Below the pieces are notes generated by a model. That model worked only from the letters and a program-made list of their open reading frames with translations, ran no database searches and had not been told where the DNA came from. A program made the position numbers and the translations under genes. A DNA stretch of 64,000 nucleotides from Nitrososphaeria archaeon (GTDB lineage: Archaea > Thermoproteota > Nitrososphaeria > JACIWG01): contig CAVVXT010000019.1 in NCBI GenBank assembly GCA_963752255.1, positions 320,001 to 384,000 of the forward strand, written 5' to 3'. Positions 1 through 10,358 of the stretch are shown in pieces. Numbering within the stretch: the first letter of the stretch is position 1; each line of letters starts with the position of its first letter.

Positions 1-170
1 TATTATCGTCTGGTTGACTAATATCTCTCTTGTTCACATCCGATTAGGAACAAGCATTTGTCATTGTGCTAACGGATATAGTCACTGTAATAGGATCGAT
101 TTTGATTTTAAGAAGGCGTAAGTCCAAGACATCATTAAATAAATGACTATTACCGCATGATAATTTTGGT

Positions 171-208
171 TAGGTATCTGCACTTAATTATGGTCAGAAA
201 CCGCCGGA
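171..208. repeat. Copy 1 of a ~40-bp palindromic direct repeat
   Basis: TAGGTATCTGCACTTAATTATGGTCAGAAACCGCCGGA aligns with 3918-3955. Confidence 0.7.
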
Positions 209-365
209 TTCGAACCCAGCCATCCTCCTAGTAATTTACCTTTAAATTAAGGCTGAAATCCCACCCCCAATAGAGTTATCCAATCAAAAGAAAATTTGGA
301 ACGGGCTCATCAAACTTACTAAGAGGTACTCAAAACTCTAGATTACTTATTATTTAATAGGTGCG

Positions 366-791
366 TTAATTGCAGCATTTGCCTTTTGGTATCAGGTTTC
401 CGTGAGGGCACTGTCTCGGATGTTTTAATAGCGTGCATAGGGCATCCATGAATTCTTCATCCATGTGGTGTTCCATTCCGCAGACATTTTCTTCGTTGAT
501 GTCCGTCTTCAGAGTTTCCTTCATCAATACTTCGATTAGTCTGTGGGCGCGAATAATTCTTCTGGCTATTTCTTTTCCCTTATCGGTAAGTTGAATTCCA
601 TGCCTGGGCTCGTATACGACAAAGCCTTCTTTTTCTAGCTTCTTCAGCATCTCAACGGCGCTGGGCGCAGATATTCCTAGGTGATTTGCCACCCACTTTA
701 TTCGTGCTACTCTCTCCCCGCTTTCCTCTGATACCCAAAGCGCCTCTAAATACTCCTCAACGCTCTCGGAGACGCCCACAGCTACCATCAC
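366..791 (-). CDS. DtxR/MntR-family metal-dependent transcriptional repressor
   Basis: SESVEEYLEAL N-terminus, HTH (ISAPSAVEMLKKL), RAHRLIE, ..GMEHH and CPHGNLIP motifs. Confidence 0.92.
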   Translation of the reverse strand: MMVAVGVSESVEEYLEALWVSEESGERVARIKWVANHLGISAPSAVEMLKKLEKEGFVVYEPRHGIQLTDKGKEIARRIIRAHRLIEVLMKETLKTDINEENVCGMEHHMDEEFMDALCTLLKHPRQCPHGNLIPKGKCCN

Positions 792-919
792 ATGTAGTGA
801 ATTAGACTGTCATGCGATATAAAGTTGAACGCACTTTGGCGAAGGGCCTCAATGACACATCGACTGTTCTTTGAAACTCAAGGCTTTTTGTCAGTTTATA
901 ATTCTCAGTATCTCTGACC

Positions 920-2097
920 TTAGATGAAGGAGGCAAAGCCGAGGAATCCGGTTATTACGATCAGAACTGACACTACCCAGAACACCGTCATACTCGTATT
1001 TGTTATGTTGATGTCCATTCATCACCTTGGCGTCTGAGACAAGCCTGCCAAGAAAGTACAGAGAAGGTATAATGATTATTGGGTATATGATCATCAAGTT
1101 TAGCATGAGCTGGATGTAGCCCGTCACTGTAGCTACAAGGATTACAGCTGGAAGGCTTTCGAGTGCGTAAACCGCGATGAATGAAGCCTTTGAGGTTTGG
1201 CCGGTTGCCTCTAGTACACCCCAGGCTGAGCCAAGGGATATGGTGATGAGGGCGAGAAAGCCGGCGAAGAGGAAGCTCATCCCCATGATTAGGGAAGCGT
1301 AGGGCCCGAAGAAAGGTAGCACTTTTGAAAGGTCTTCTACATTGATTAGGCTGCTTCCACCTGAAAGGCGTATCCCTACCACAACCACTATTATCATCAG
1401 AATCTCCGAGACTATAGCGCCGAGCAGGGTCTCTATGCGTTCATTCTTCAGTTCCTTCGCCTGCTTCTCCCTTCGGCAGTCTGCACCCGAGTGGAAGTAC
1501 AGCATCCAGGGCATTATGACAGCACCTACGTTTGCTGCAAGAAGATAATCGAAGGATGGGTTACCATACGGCTGGAGGGGAGAAAGACCTACGGAGAGAA
1601 GCTCTTTCATGTTGACGGGGAAGACGAGTGCTGAGGCCACTATTACGGCTACAACCAGGAAACTCAGCGGTATGAGTATTATCTCGGCCTGCCTGTATCG
1701 TCTACCAATTACAACCACCGTGTGAATCATGTACGCTCAATAGGATGCCCAGGAGAACCGGTATACCGAGGAGACTGAGGCCTATAGCTATCCCGGCATA
1801 CTCGGCTACATATTCGAGAAAGTCTGTCACACCCATAGGGATGGCGGCTACCATAGCCGCCCGTCTTCCATAGAATCTTCTTATGGCCGCACCTAGTCCA
1901 AGACACGAAGCAATTCCCAGGCTGCCTGCCGCATATTGAACGAGGAATAGAGGAAATATAAGTATCAGGAGGATGAATACCATTCTGTAACCGAAGCTGG
2001 CGCCAGCTTGAAGGGCTGCAATGATAGAGGGTATGTCTACGTCCGCTATCATTACAAGCCAAGCTGGCCCAAAATTCGTGAGCCAATCAACCACCAT
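920..2097 (-). CDS. NRAMP/MntH-family divalent metal transporter, two apparent frameshifts (~1720, ~990)
   Basis: FGPAWLVMIADVD (TM1), GAVIMPWMLYFHS (TM6). ORFs 1702-2097 and 891-1730 join; an alternative frame gives a final TM helix MTVFWVVSVLIVITGFLGFASFI* ending at 920. Confidence 0.85.
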
Positions 2098-2160
2098 AGA
2101 AGCACTATGGTTACGTATGTTAACAAAATTAAGTAGCTTTTTATGATCCGTAGTAATATG

Positions 2161-2199
2161 TTAGGCTAGCCTAATATATATGTATTTAGGTCTTCCTAA
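2161..2199. promoter_or_regulatory. Two DtxR/MntR operator boxes flanking an AT-rich TATA region upstream of the NRAMP gene
   Basis: Perfect palindrome TTAGGCTAGCCTAA (2161-2174) and TTAGGTCTTCCTAA (2186-2199), close to the DtxR consensus TTAGGTTAGCCTAA. Confidence 0.85.
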
Positions 2200-2447
2200 T
2201 ATCGCTAGCGATCGCAACAAATCCAGATCATCTGGGTGTTGCTAAATCTTGTAGGGATAAACATTATCTGTTAAGTTATTCGCCATGGAGGAAGTGGTTC
2301 TGTTAACTTAGTGTCTCGGATGGATTGGGAGTAGTCCATATTAACCAAAATAGGAAAACTCTGAACTTCATATGTTCTTAAGCACAATTCTTATCTTGGT
2401 TAAATGCAAAGTAACGAAAAGGCGAATGACATGGAGGTTTCAAAGAT

Positions 2448-2939
2448 ATGAGGAGGGTTGCGAAGAAAGGCAAATTCTCAGGTTTAATTCTTAATTTTGG
2501 TGGGGGAATATTTTATTTTTGCGGCTCGCTGGTATCTGTCTTGGATTTTATTATGATTCAGCAAGCAGCTTACCATTTTGACTTCGTAAGTCTCGTCGGC
2601 TTTGTTCTTCTCACAGCAGGATTAGGAACCCGCTTACAAGCTACAAGGACTCTGGGCAGATATTTTTCTCCTACCGTAAGAGTCTTGCCCAAACATAAGC
2701 TGATTAAACACGGCATTTACAGACATGTTAGACACCCTATCTATCTAGGTTCACTATTAGCCTTCTTTTCCATCCCATTGATCTTTCACAGCCTATACGG
2801 TCTCCTCGTTACGACTCTCGCAATCCCCTTTATCCTTTATAAAATACGAGCCGAGGAACAAATGCTCATAGAGAAATTCGGAGATGAATACAGAGATTAC
2901 ATTAAAAACAGTAAGAAACTTATTCCATATGTTTACTGA
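2448..2939 (+). CDS. Isoprenylcysteine carboxyl methyltransferase (ICMT/PEMT) family membrane protein
   Basis: LGRYFS, HKLIKHGIYRHVRHPIYLG, EEQMLIEKFGDEYRDY motifs. Confidence 0.88.
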   Translation: MRRVAKKGKFSGLILNFGGGIFYFCGSLVSVLDFIMIQQAAYHFDFVSLVGFVLLTAGLGTRLQATRTLGRYFSPTVRVLPKHKLIKHGIYRHVRHPIYLGSLLAFFSIPLIFHSLYGLLVTTLAIPFILYKIRAEEQMLIEKFGDEYRDYIKNSKKLIPYVY

Positions 2940-3326
2940 AGTGGCAAGTATGTTATAACAACCTCAAACAAGATGCACGTCATTTAGGCCAAAAGACTTA
3001 GCAGTATCTGTCCGACCACTCGCCGCAAGTATGAATCAATCACTACCCTTATACACCCACATGACCCATATGGTCTCAGCCAATCTTCCTTGCCATCATA
3101 TCCATCACGCTCGATTGAATAGCAGCTCTCGGGCGCACACACTCCCCTGACGGGTCCCAACAGCATCTTGCTCGTGGCGTAGTCGGCCACTCTTAGATCC
3201 TGACGCTAAGAGCACATCACCTATTACTTTGGCTTTATATCCTGAACACCGCCTCATGGACAAGAAAATGGATTAGCGGGTTCTCATAGAAAATAGAAAA
3301 TCTGAAAAGAAAAGGCTTAAATCAAG

Positions 3327-3557
3327 ATGAAGCTACCAGATTCGATTGTGGTCAGTGTAAGCATGGAAATATCCAAAAAAATAGAAGATGCTTATGTTCA
3401 GAGAATGCCTCGGGAACTTAAAGAAAAATTCGTTGCTCTCTCTGCTAATGAGCGAGCAGCGATCATTAAAGCTCTGTTGAGGTTCCATCAAGTAATGGAA
3501 GAAGAAACTTTTCAACTCGTATTAGGAATAGTTAACGCCCGTTTAGAGAAAAAATAG
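3327..3557 (+). CDS. Small hypothetical helical protein
   Basis: 76-aa ORF with ATG start and protein-like composition. Confidence 0.5.
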   Translation: MKLPDSIVVSVSMEISKKIEDAYVQRMPRELKEKFVALSANERAAIIKALLRFHQVMEEETFQLVLGIVNARLEKK

Positions 3558-3719
3558 TCTAAAGAGCCAACTCTGAACACCCCATACTAGCTATCAAATG
3601 ATTTGAAGCAGATAATAGTAGAGGATAGTAGAAGTATTTTAGCCGTCAAAGCCTCATCGATAAACTTGGCAGGAAAATCTACTTGAAATCCTGAAATGGC
3701 CAATAGTAATATCCCATAT

Positions 3720-3797
3720 CTAAACTTCATGGACAAAATTCTTAGTCAGATTATTCGGTGACACACCATGCATAACGAGCACAATGATAGTTTTCAT
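3720..3797 (-). pseudogene. Possible N-terminal remnant of a CbiX/SirB chelatase
   Basis: MKTIIVLVMHGVSPNN.. resembles the CbiX hydrophobic strand plus HG start, then stops after 25 aa. Confidence 0.35.
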
Positions 3798-3917
3798 GAT
3801 AGTTCCTTTTATTTTATCTCTTCTTATCGTTGATAAATTTATACAACGTTCCCATTAAGTGAGAGCTATTTGCCGGCAACATTTGTGGCCTTACCGCCGA
3901 TCGACCAGCTTGTATAA

Positions 3918-3955
3918 TAGGTATCTGCACCTAATTAGGTGCAGAAACCACCGGA
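3918..3955. repeat. Copy 2 of a ~40-bp palindromic direct repeat
   Basis: TAGGTATCTGCACCTAATTAGGTGCAGAAACCACCGGA contains the perfect 22-bp palindrome TCTGCACCTAATTAGGTGCAGA. Confidence 0.7.
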
Positions 3956-4258
3956 CCCGCTGCTTTTTAAAAATTCTAATAGCCTAGCTAAACCTTTTAT
4001 ATATAATATAGGAAAGAAAATGATTGCTTTATGTCAAACATAATCGCTCAGAAGCTTAAGGAGCAGACATCTTCGCTTGTGAGGACATTTTCTAAACGCT
4101 TAGCAACCATAAGAAGCCACCCCGAAACCAGTCTGTTGTGTAAACAGGTCTATAGGAACAAGGCTTTGACTAATGAGTTGTTGGTGATGATGAGCGTTTT
4201 GCGGTTGGAATCAATGCCTTTGACAGTATAATCAATTGAATAAAGATAGTTCTGGCGA

Positions 4259-4603
4259 TTATGCTATGTAAGATACCATGTTCTGAAATTTTGGACACCA
4301 ATTTGAGAATTCGCATACATCCTTAATTTTACAGAAAGTAAGGTCATTCGAATACATCGGATCATAGTTCTTACACTGGTTCCAGGGCTCTATCACTCCT
4401 ATTCCATAAAAACAGAGTCTCAGCCTAGACAACTTCTTTAAAGAGATAGGCTCCTTAGTATCCCAGTCCCATGCCGGAATCTTAGCTACTCTATCCTGGA
4501 ACCTTATTTCAATGAACTCGCCTGCCTTTAAAATCTTTCTTGCATCAATTGGCACCTTCACTGACGCCATAGCCCACTTTTTGCACGACCGACAACACTT
4601 CAA
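4259..4603 (-). CDS. Cys-rich hypothetical protein
   Basis: 114 aa, N-terminal CCxxC and several C-terminal Cys; no family recognised. Confidence 0.5.
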   Translation of the reverse strand: MKCCRSCKKWAMASVKVPIDARKILKAGEFIEIRFQDRVAKIPAWDWDTKEPISLKKLSRLRLCFYGIGVIEPWNQCKNYDPMYSNDLTFCKIKDVCEFSNWCPKFQNMVSYIA

Positions 4604-4787
4604 CTAGGATCACATCTAAACTCCTAATAGTGCGTAAGTCAAAGATAAAATCCTTTTTGCAGTTAATATAAATCCGTTCAGAATAGTTCAGACACTTGAA
4701 TAGAATATATTTGAATATGAAGAGTAACTCCTTTCCTAGAGCTGCCTCCGTTGCTTTTTAACTACATCATCTAAATATTCAGTGAGA

Positions 4788-6341
4788 CTAACTTTGGACA
4801 TCCGCATTCTTTCTTATCCTGCCCTTTTCGATATCCAAACCATTCCATGTTATTGAATAGCCCAGAGCTTCGATTACCTGGTACGGTTCTTTTATGTTGT
4901 ATGCTTCAACAGCCTCCAACGCGTCAGAGAGCTTTTCTATCCCCATTAGACTGGTTTCTATTTTTTTTAGAACTGAGTCGGATATGAAGTAGTCACCAAC
5001 CCTCTTGTAGCCTTCGAAGGTGAGGGTTGAAAGAACCTTCCTGGCAGATTCGACGCTAATCGAATTACCTTCTGCTATGTCTTCTATTCTTACTATATCA
5101 CCTGCCAATTTGATGTCCCTGAGCTTTGATGCATGAGACTCGTCTTCGATAACACCTTTCTCGCGCTCCTTTAAGTGTTCTATTATGGGCTTGATCGGCA
5201 CATCATCCTTATAGTATACGACTTGGATTTTTAGGTTGCGGAGTCTAGAGCACGCGTATTTTTCATTCACTGCGACGATTAAGTCAACATCTTTCACCGT
5301 TTCAAGCTTCGCGATCTTTCTTTCAAGATAGTCTGGGGTCCAGAATCCAACGATCTCCAGGTACACCTTCAAATTATATTTTGTAAACCTGAAGTCAGGT
5401 ATCAGCACATGTCTGCCCACAGGCAGAGGTTCAGGCTCTCTTTCGAGCACCCATCCGGAGCCGTAAGCATTGAAGGTTTTGGCAAATCGTTCTTCAACAC
5501 TGCTATCATATGTCTGTTTGGATGGCGTGTCTTCTGATCCAGTGCTCTCGATCAACCCCTTCATCTCATCGCTGGTAAGTCTGAATGTGTAGATTCTGTC
5601 TTTGTTCCTTCCCAGTACATCAGCTTTAATCCTCCAATAGCCCGATTCGATCACCGTTAGTAGAAGTTTCGCCAGCGCTGTTCCATACCTATCGGTCATT
5701 TTAAAGAGCGAAAGTGGGCCGTCAACAGTTACCTTATAACCATCGTCCTCACGTTCGACCGCATACATCAAGCCCAACCATTTAATAGATCTGAAGATGC
5801 TCTTCCAATTTCCTGAAACTGTGAACTCCAGCTTTAGGGACCTAAAGAGCATTGTCTGCGTTATGGAAAGGTTGTAAGACTTCAACAACGCATCCGGCGA
5901 CATTGGATTGAAGTCCTTTAGGATCAGTTCTTCTTCGACGTCGGAATATAGTATTTTTTCGAGAGCTTCAGCATGTATGCCGAGCTTCGCTGAGACGTCT
6001 TGGATAACTCTCCCCCTTTGCTCAACGTCTACTACTCTGACGTCGCTTGCCTTTTGGAACACCATCATCCTGGCTTCTGCGGGATCGATAGGCGCATCGG
6101 ATTTAAACACACTTCGTCTTTCGAGAAGAGCGAATAACCCTCTTACGAACCTGTAATCGAAGCCTTCATCTTCAAGGGTTCTCAGCTTTTCTATCATCTC
6201 TCCCTTCCTTCTACCCACATTGTTTCTAAAGACTTCAATGACCCGTCCAGCGAAGTTCAAGTCGCCTTCTTCCAAATGCGCGTATACGGGGTTAACCTGC
6301 CCATGTGAAACTCTAACCCTTAGAAGGTCATATGCAAGCGT
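4788..6341 (-). CDS. bax1: Bax1 (DUF790) endonuclease, XPB partner
   Basis: DGPLSLF..RYG, YDSSVEERF, IPDF..YLEIVGFWTPDYLERK. The frame stays open upstream of the track start (LAYDLLRVR..) to an ACG at 6341. Confidence 0.9.
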   Translation of the reverse strand, partial: TLAYDLLRVRVSHGQVNPVYAHLEEGDLNFAGRVIEVFRNNVGRRKGEMIEKLRTLEDEGFDYRFVRGLFALLERRSVFKSDAPIDPAEARMMVFQKASDVRVVDVEQRGRVIQDVSAKLGIHAEALEKILYSDVEEELILKDFNPMSPDALLKSYNLSITQTMLFRSLKLEFTVSGNWKSIFRSIKWLGLMYAVEREDDGYKVTVDGPLSLFKMTDRYGTALAKLLLTVIESGYWRIKADVLGRNKDRIYTFRLTSDEMKGLIESTGSEDTPSKQTYDSSVEERFAKTFNAYGSGWVLEREPEPLPVGRHVLIPDFRFTKYNLKVYLEIVGFWTPDYLERKIAKLETVKDVDLIVAVNEKYACSRLRNLKIQVVYYKDDVPIKPIIEHLKEREKGVIEDESHASKLRDIKLAGDIVRIEDIAEGNSISVESARKVLSTLTFEGYKRVGDYFISDSVLKKIETSLMGIEKLSDALEAVEAYNIKEPYQVIEALGYSITWNGLDIEKGRIRKNADVQS

Positions 6342-6360
6342 TATCCATCACCACTCAGTC

Positions 6361-7803
6361 TTAATCCTCCGTCACTCTGCTCCTTTTTCTTCTCCAACTG
6401 GTCCGTGTTTCTGATGTCCCACTCGACACGATTTCTATCAGTTTGGCTTTTTTCCCTTCCCTCTTCCTCAGCAGTCTACCTAACCTCTGTATGAATTCTC
6501 TCGCGCTACCTGTGCCGCTTACTATGACCCCAAGGGACGCTTCAGGTACATCGATTCCTTCATCCAACACCTTAGAGGTTACTACAGCCCTGAACCTTCC
6601 ATCTTTGAAACGCTTCAGTATTTCATGTCTCTCTTCTTTGTCAGACATATATGTTATGTAAGGGATAAGGAAACGCTTTGATATACGGTACACTAGGTCG
6701 TTATGTTGGGTGAAGATGAGTGTTCTGTCTTCAGGGTTTGATCTCAGTATATCCTCCAAGGCTTTGATCTTAGATTCTGAGTTGAGGGCTATGTCCTGCG
6801 CTCGATTTCTAGCGAGTAGCGCTTGTCTAGCGTTTCTGTCTCTGGCCGTAAGCATGATAAACTTCCTAAATTCATCAGGTGAAGTGATTCTTATCTTCCC
6901 ACTTGATAGGTAGTCAGAGAACACCCTCCAGTTCCTTTCATATTCTTCCTTCTCTTCATCTGTAAGTTCAACGCTTATTCTATGGAGAGTATACGTTGAG
7001 AGATACCTTCCTGTAAGATCTTCCGGCTTTCTCCTGTACACGACACCTCCCGTTAACCTCGGCAGCTCTTTATGGAGCATGTCCTCCCTTTCATAGGTCG
7101 CCGTCAAGCCCATCCTATAAGGGGCTGTGAACATTTCCGCGATCAACCTGTAACCTTCAGCCGCTAAATGGTGAACTTCATCAAAAATAATGAGGCTGAA
7201 CCTATTACCTATCTCACCCGCCTTAAGATATGCGGAGTCATAGGTAGAAACCGTTAGAGAGCCAATCCGAGTGTCTCCTCCTCCGTAAACTCCAATTTCG
7301 ATCCCGAACTCAGCTTCAAGCCTACTCCTCCACTGCTCCACCAGATCTAGAGTTGGCACGATAACTATTGACGACTGGTCAACGAGTTCGATGGCCTTGA
7401 TGGCTATAACAGTTTTTCCAGAACCCGTAGGAAGCACTATTATCCCCTTCCTCCCACCTTTATCCCAAGCTTCCAACGCATCTTCTTGATAATCCCTTAA
7501 GCGGATCCCGCTTCTCAAGTTCGGCGATGGCACAAGGTTTTGGACGGTGTCGCTAAAAGTCATCCTACTGTTCCTAAGATATTCGACTATTTCTTGATAA
7601 TATAGCGCTTGAGCTCTAAAAGCTCTAACTCTGTCGTCCCATATGGCGTACGGTATTCTAACATCCCCTCTGACCAGTATGCTACCTCTATCAAAGGATA
7701 AGACCACAGGCTGCAACGGTACACCACAAGCCATCCGGTGTTCGGCGTTTACGGCGTATAAAGTTATATAAACAATCGGAATGAATTCACTTAATCGGTA
7801 CAT
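6361..7803 (-). CDS. xpb: XPB-type SF2 DNA helicase (true start probably ~7733 or later)
   Basis: LRDYQ, LPTGSGKT, DEVHH, GLTAT, LDEGIDVP, QRLGRLLR; directly upstream of bax1. Confidence 0.92.
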   Translation of the reverse strand: MYRLSEFIPIVYITLYAVNAEHRMACGVPLQPVVLSFDRGSILVRGDVRIPYAIWDDRVRAFRAQALYYQEIVEYLRNSRMTFSDTVQNLVPSPNLRSGIRLRDYQEDALEAWDKGGRKGIIVLPTGSGKTVIAIKAIELVDQSSIVIVPTLDLVEQWRSRLEAEFGIEIGVYGGGDTRIGSLTVSTYDSAYLKAGEIGNRFSLIIFDEVHHLAAEGYRLIAEMFTAPYRMGLTATYEREDMLHKELPRLTGGVVYRRKPEDLTGRYLSTYTLHRISVELTDEEKEEYERNWRVFSDYLSSGKIRITSPDEFRKFIMLTARDRNARQALLARNRAQDIALNSESKIKALEDILRSNPEDRTLIFTQHNDLVYRISKRFLIPYITYMSDKEERHEILKRFKDGRFRAVVTSKVLDEGIDVPEASLGVIVSGTGSAREFIQRLGRLLRKREGKKAKLIEIVSSGTSETRTSWRRKRSRVTED

Positions 7804-7956
7804 TTATTACGCTATAACAAGTGAGAATGTCGAAAAAGATCTGGCAAAAAACAAGTTTGGAAAGATGCAGATTAAGGGGGGATGTTAACGGAATTGCACC
7901 AGCTTGTTCTAATAACGCATCTTTGGACAAGTGTATCACGAAGCATTTGCTGGACT

Positions 7957-8817
7957 TTAGGTTCTTTCATTTTTGTTAACTAGGTAGATGCCAAATAAAA
8001 CCACAGCAACGCCAATTATCTGATACAGGTTAACGGTTTCCTTAAGTAAAAACGCTCCTGCGATAAAGGCTATTACAGGAACCAGTAGACTCGACGAAGA
8101 TACAGTTGTTGCATCCTCATTCCTAAGAAGGTAGAACCATAGGAAGAATACTAATACGGTTGATAGGACTGTCACATAAACTAATGATAGCACATAAGTT
8201 GGCTCATATATGAAGCTGATTCCACCTGTGGCAAGTGCCAGAGGAAGCACTATGAAGGAGCCAACGGCGACCCCTGAGAAGCTGATCCAGTAAGGGTGAA
8301 CGGAGCTAGAAATCAGTTTATAATAAACTATCGACACAGCCCAGAGGAACGCTCCAATCAACAGAAAAAGAAAAGATTCTAAAGTTCCGCTTCCTAATTC
8401 CTCCAGATAGATGATTCCTATCCCAACAAATCCCAGCAGAACGCCTGTGATCTTCACTTTCGTAATCTCATTTTTAAGGAACATCGCGGATAAGACGAAG
8501 ACGAACAAAGGCTGTGTGTAGGTGACAATTGCACTTATGCCTGAACCCTCAACCTGCAGCGCCAACATCATGAAAACCATACTAAGTGACCAAGTAGCGG
8601 ATTGTAGTATAACATTTATGATGGTTCTAGAGTCTCTATGAAATCCGTTCTTGATAAAAAAAAGAAATGGAACCATCATAAAGGCTGAAAAGAAGAATCT
8701 CTGAAAAAGATAGTTCATTGAGCCCGTATAGCTGAGTCCTATCTTCATGTTAGCCCAGTTAAAACCCCATATTATTGCTACAACCAAAATAATGATCAAA
8801 TCCTTTCGATTCTTCAA
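7957..8817 (-). CDS. EamA/DMT-family transporter
   Basis: 10 TM helices, IWGFNW, TQPLFVFVLS..FLKNE, duplicated EamA halves. Confidence 0.9.
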   Translation of the reverse strand: MKNRKDLIIILVVAIIWGFNWANMKIGLSYTGSMNYLFQRFFFSAFMMVPFLFFIKNGFHRDSRTIINVILQSATWSLSMVFMMLALQVEGSGISAIVTYTQPLFVFVLSAMFLKNEITKVKITGVLLGFVGIGIIYLEELGSGTLESFLFLLIGAFLWAVSIVYYKLISSSVHPYWISFSGVAVGSFIVLPLALATGGISFIYEPTYVLSLVYVTVLSTVLVFFLWFYLLRNEDATTVSSSSLLVPVIAFIAGAFLLKETVNLYQIIGVAVVLFGIYLVNKNERT

Positions 8818-9135
8818 GCTCTTTTATCTCTGGATATGACCGACTGAAGAGCCCTTTATTAAAACGTATTCATAAAGATTTATGGGATTCCGTACATATA
8901 AACCGTGGACGTCAGGATCACAGATCTTGAACCATCCTATTCCAGACATCAATTTACACTTCTAATGTTCTAATCATTCTCGAATATGTTGTCTTGAGAT
9001 GAACGACTCTGGGACGAACTTATATATTACTGGTCTTTTGATTGGGATATGACAAATTTGTTAAGGCAACAAAGACTTATTGCGAATTATAAGGTTCGCT
9101 TTATTGAAACCTTAATTGCCCATGGTGAATCGTAA

Positions 9136-9882
9136 TTGGCTAAATTGGATATTCTTATGCAGGGTTCAGGTTTTAGGACGAACCTTGTGTCACTTGGAAT
9201 CTGCACTATCGCTCTTATACGCGATAGAGGCAACATACTCGTTGACACTGGGCACTTTGGAAACAGAAGGCAGATCATCGATGCTTTAAAACGTTTTAAT
9301 CTTGCACCCTCAGACATTGATAAAGTAATACTCACCCATTCACATTGGGACCATAGCTTAAACGTCGAACTCTTCAGAAACGCAACTGTCTTCATAAACT
9401 CTAAGGAATTGTCCTACGTACGTTCAGTCAAGGGGGACGACTGGGCCACTTCCATCAGCTTAGGGATGATTTTGGAAAAAATGAAGACTAAGGTATTGGA
9501 GGGCGACAAAGACCTTTCAAATGATGTTGGGGTAATAGAGTCTCCAGGTCACTCTCAAGGACACCAAGCAGTCTTTGTAAGAACTGATGGAGGAACCGTT
9601 CTCCTCACAGGAGATGCGATGCCTACTCTAAGGTCCTATATCAGGGGCCTACCGGACTACATCGCGACCACAGAAGATGAAGCTAGGCGAAGTATCGCTA
9701 AGCTGAAGGCTTTCAAACCCTCTACCTACTACCCTGGCCACGACAGGCCATTCCGCATTGACGGAGAGAAACCTGAATACCTTTCCCATTCAGAAATTAA
9801 GGTCATCTTCAGGAGGGAGACAGAAGAGAACTTCGGAATAGTCCTTGGAACAGAGGCTGCTGATAAGCCTGAGAAGGTTTAA
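9136..9882 (+). CDS. Metallo-beta-lactamase-fold hydrolase (AHL-lactonase-like)
   Basis: VDTG, THSHWDH, SPGHSQGH, TGDA, PGHD. Confidence 0.9.
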   Translation: MAKLDILMQGSGFRTNLVSLGICTIALIRDRGNILVDTGHFGNRRQIIDALKRFNLAPSDIDKVILTHSHWDHSLNVELFRNATVFINSKELSYVRSVKGDDWATSISLGMILEKMKTKVLEGDKDLSNDVGVIESPGHSQGHQAVFVRTDGGTVLLTGDAMPTLRSYIRGLPDYIATTEDEARRSIAKLKAFKPSTYYPGHDRPFRIDGEKPEYLSHSEIKVIFRRETEENFGIVLGTEAADKPEKV

Positions 9883-10358
9883 TGGAGATGCAATTGATAA
9901 ACGGCACTTAAAAAATGATATGCCGGATTCGATCTACATTTTCCGATTTGAATTTACAAGGATTTACATCGGTTACTAGCAGAGCTTTTAAATCATTAAT
10001 AATTGTGCTTGCTTTCTTGTTCACAAAATCTCTACAATGGAGGAACATATATTAGCTAGCCCAGCTAGTGTAGCAGAATCTTTTACAATTAATTCAATAA
10101 AAAAAGCAGCCATATGTGGAAACCGATCAAGTAGACTTATCACATAAACTGTAAAGATACGCAAGATGATTCTAACCTCTACTATTAACTTACACCTTGT
10201 AAAGACTTCACAATAGTAAGCCTGATTTTCCAACCCAATGCAATAGGCCAGCAAAGACGAGTGTAATTGGGTTTCACAAACACATTGCAAATGTGCTAAT
10301 ATCTCCTTAACAGGCTAGTAAAAGTTCATAAACATCTCATAGAAAAGAGATTCTGTTC

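Noticed and set aside
191-228. Complete tRNA gene at the GGTTCGAATCC motif
   Set aside because: Only a T-loop-like part and ACCA are present; no D arm, anticodon arm or pairing 5' acceptor strand
60-230. Integron attC site (GTTAGGT at 169-175)
   Set aside because: No matching RYYYAAC inverse core, no cassette array and no integrase
2984-3190. 68-aa minus-strand ORF
   Set aside because: No recognisable motif; probably a decayed fragment
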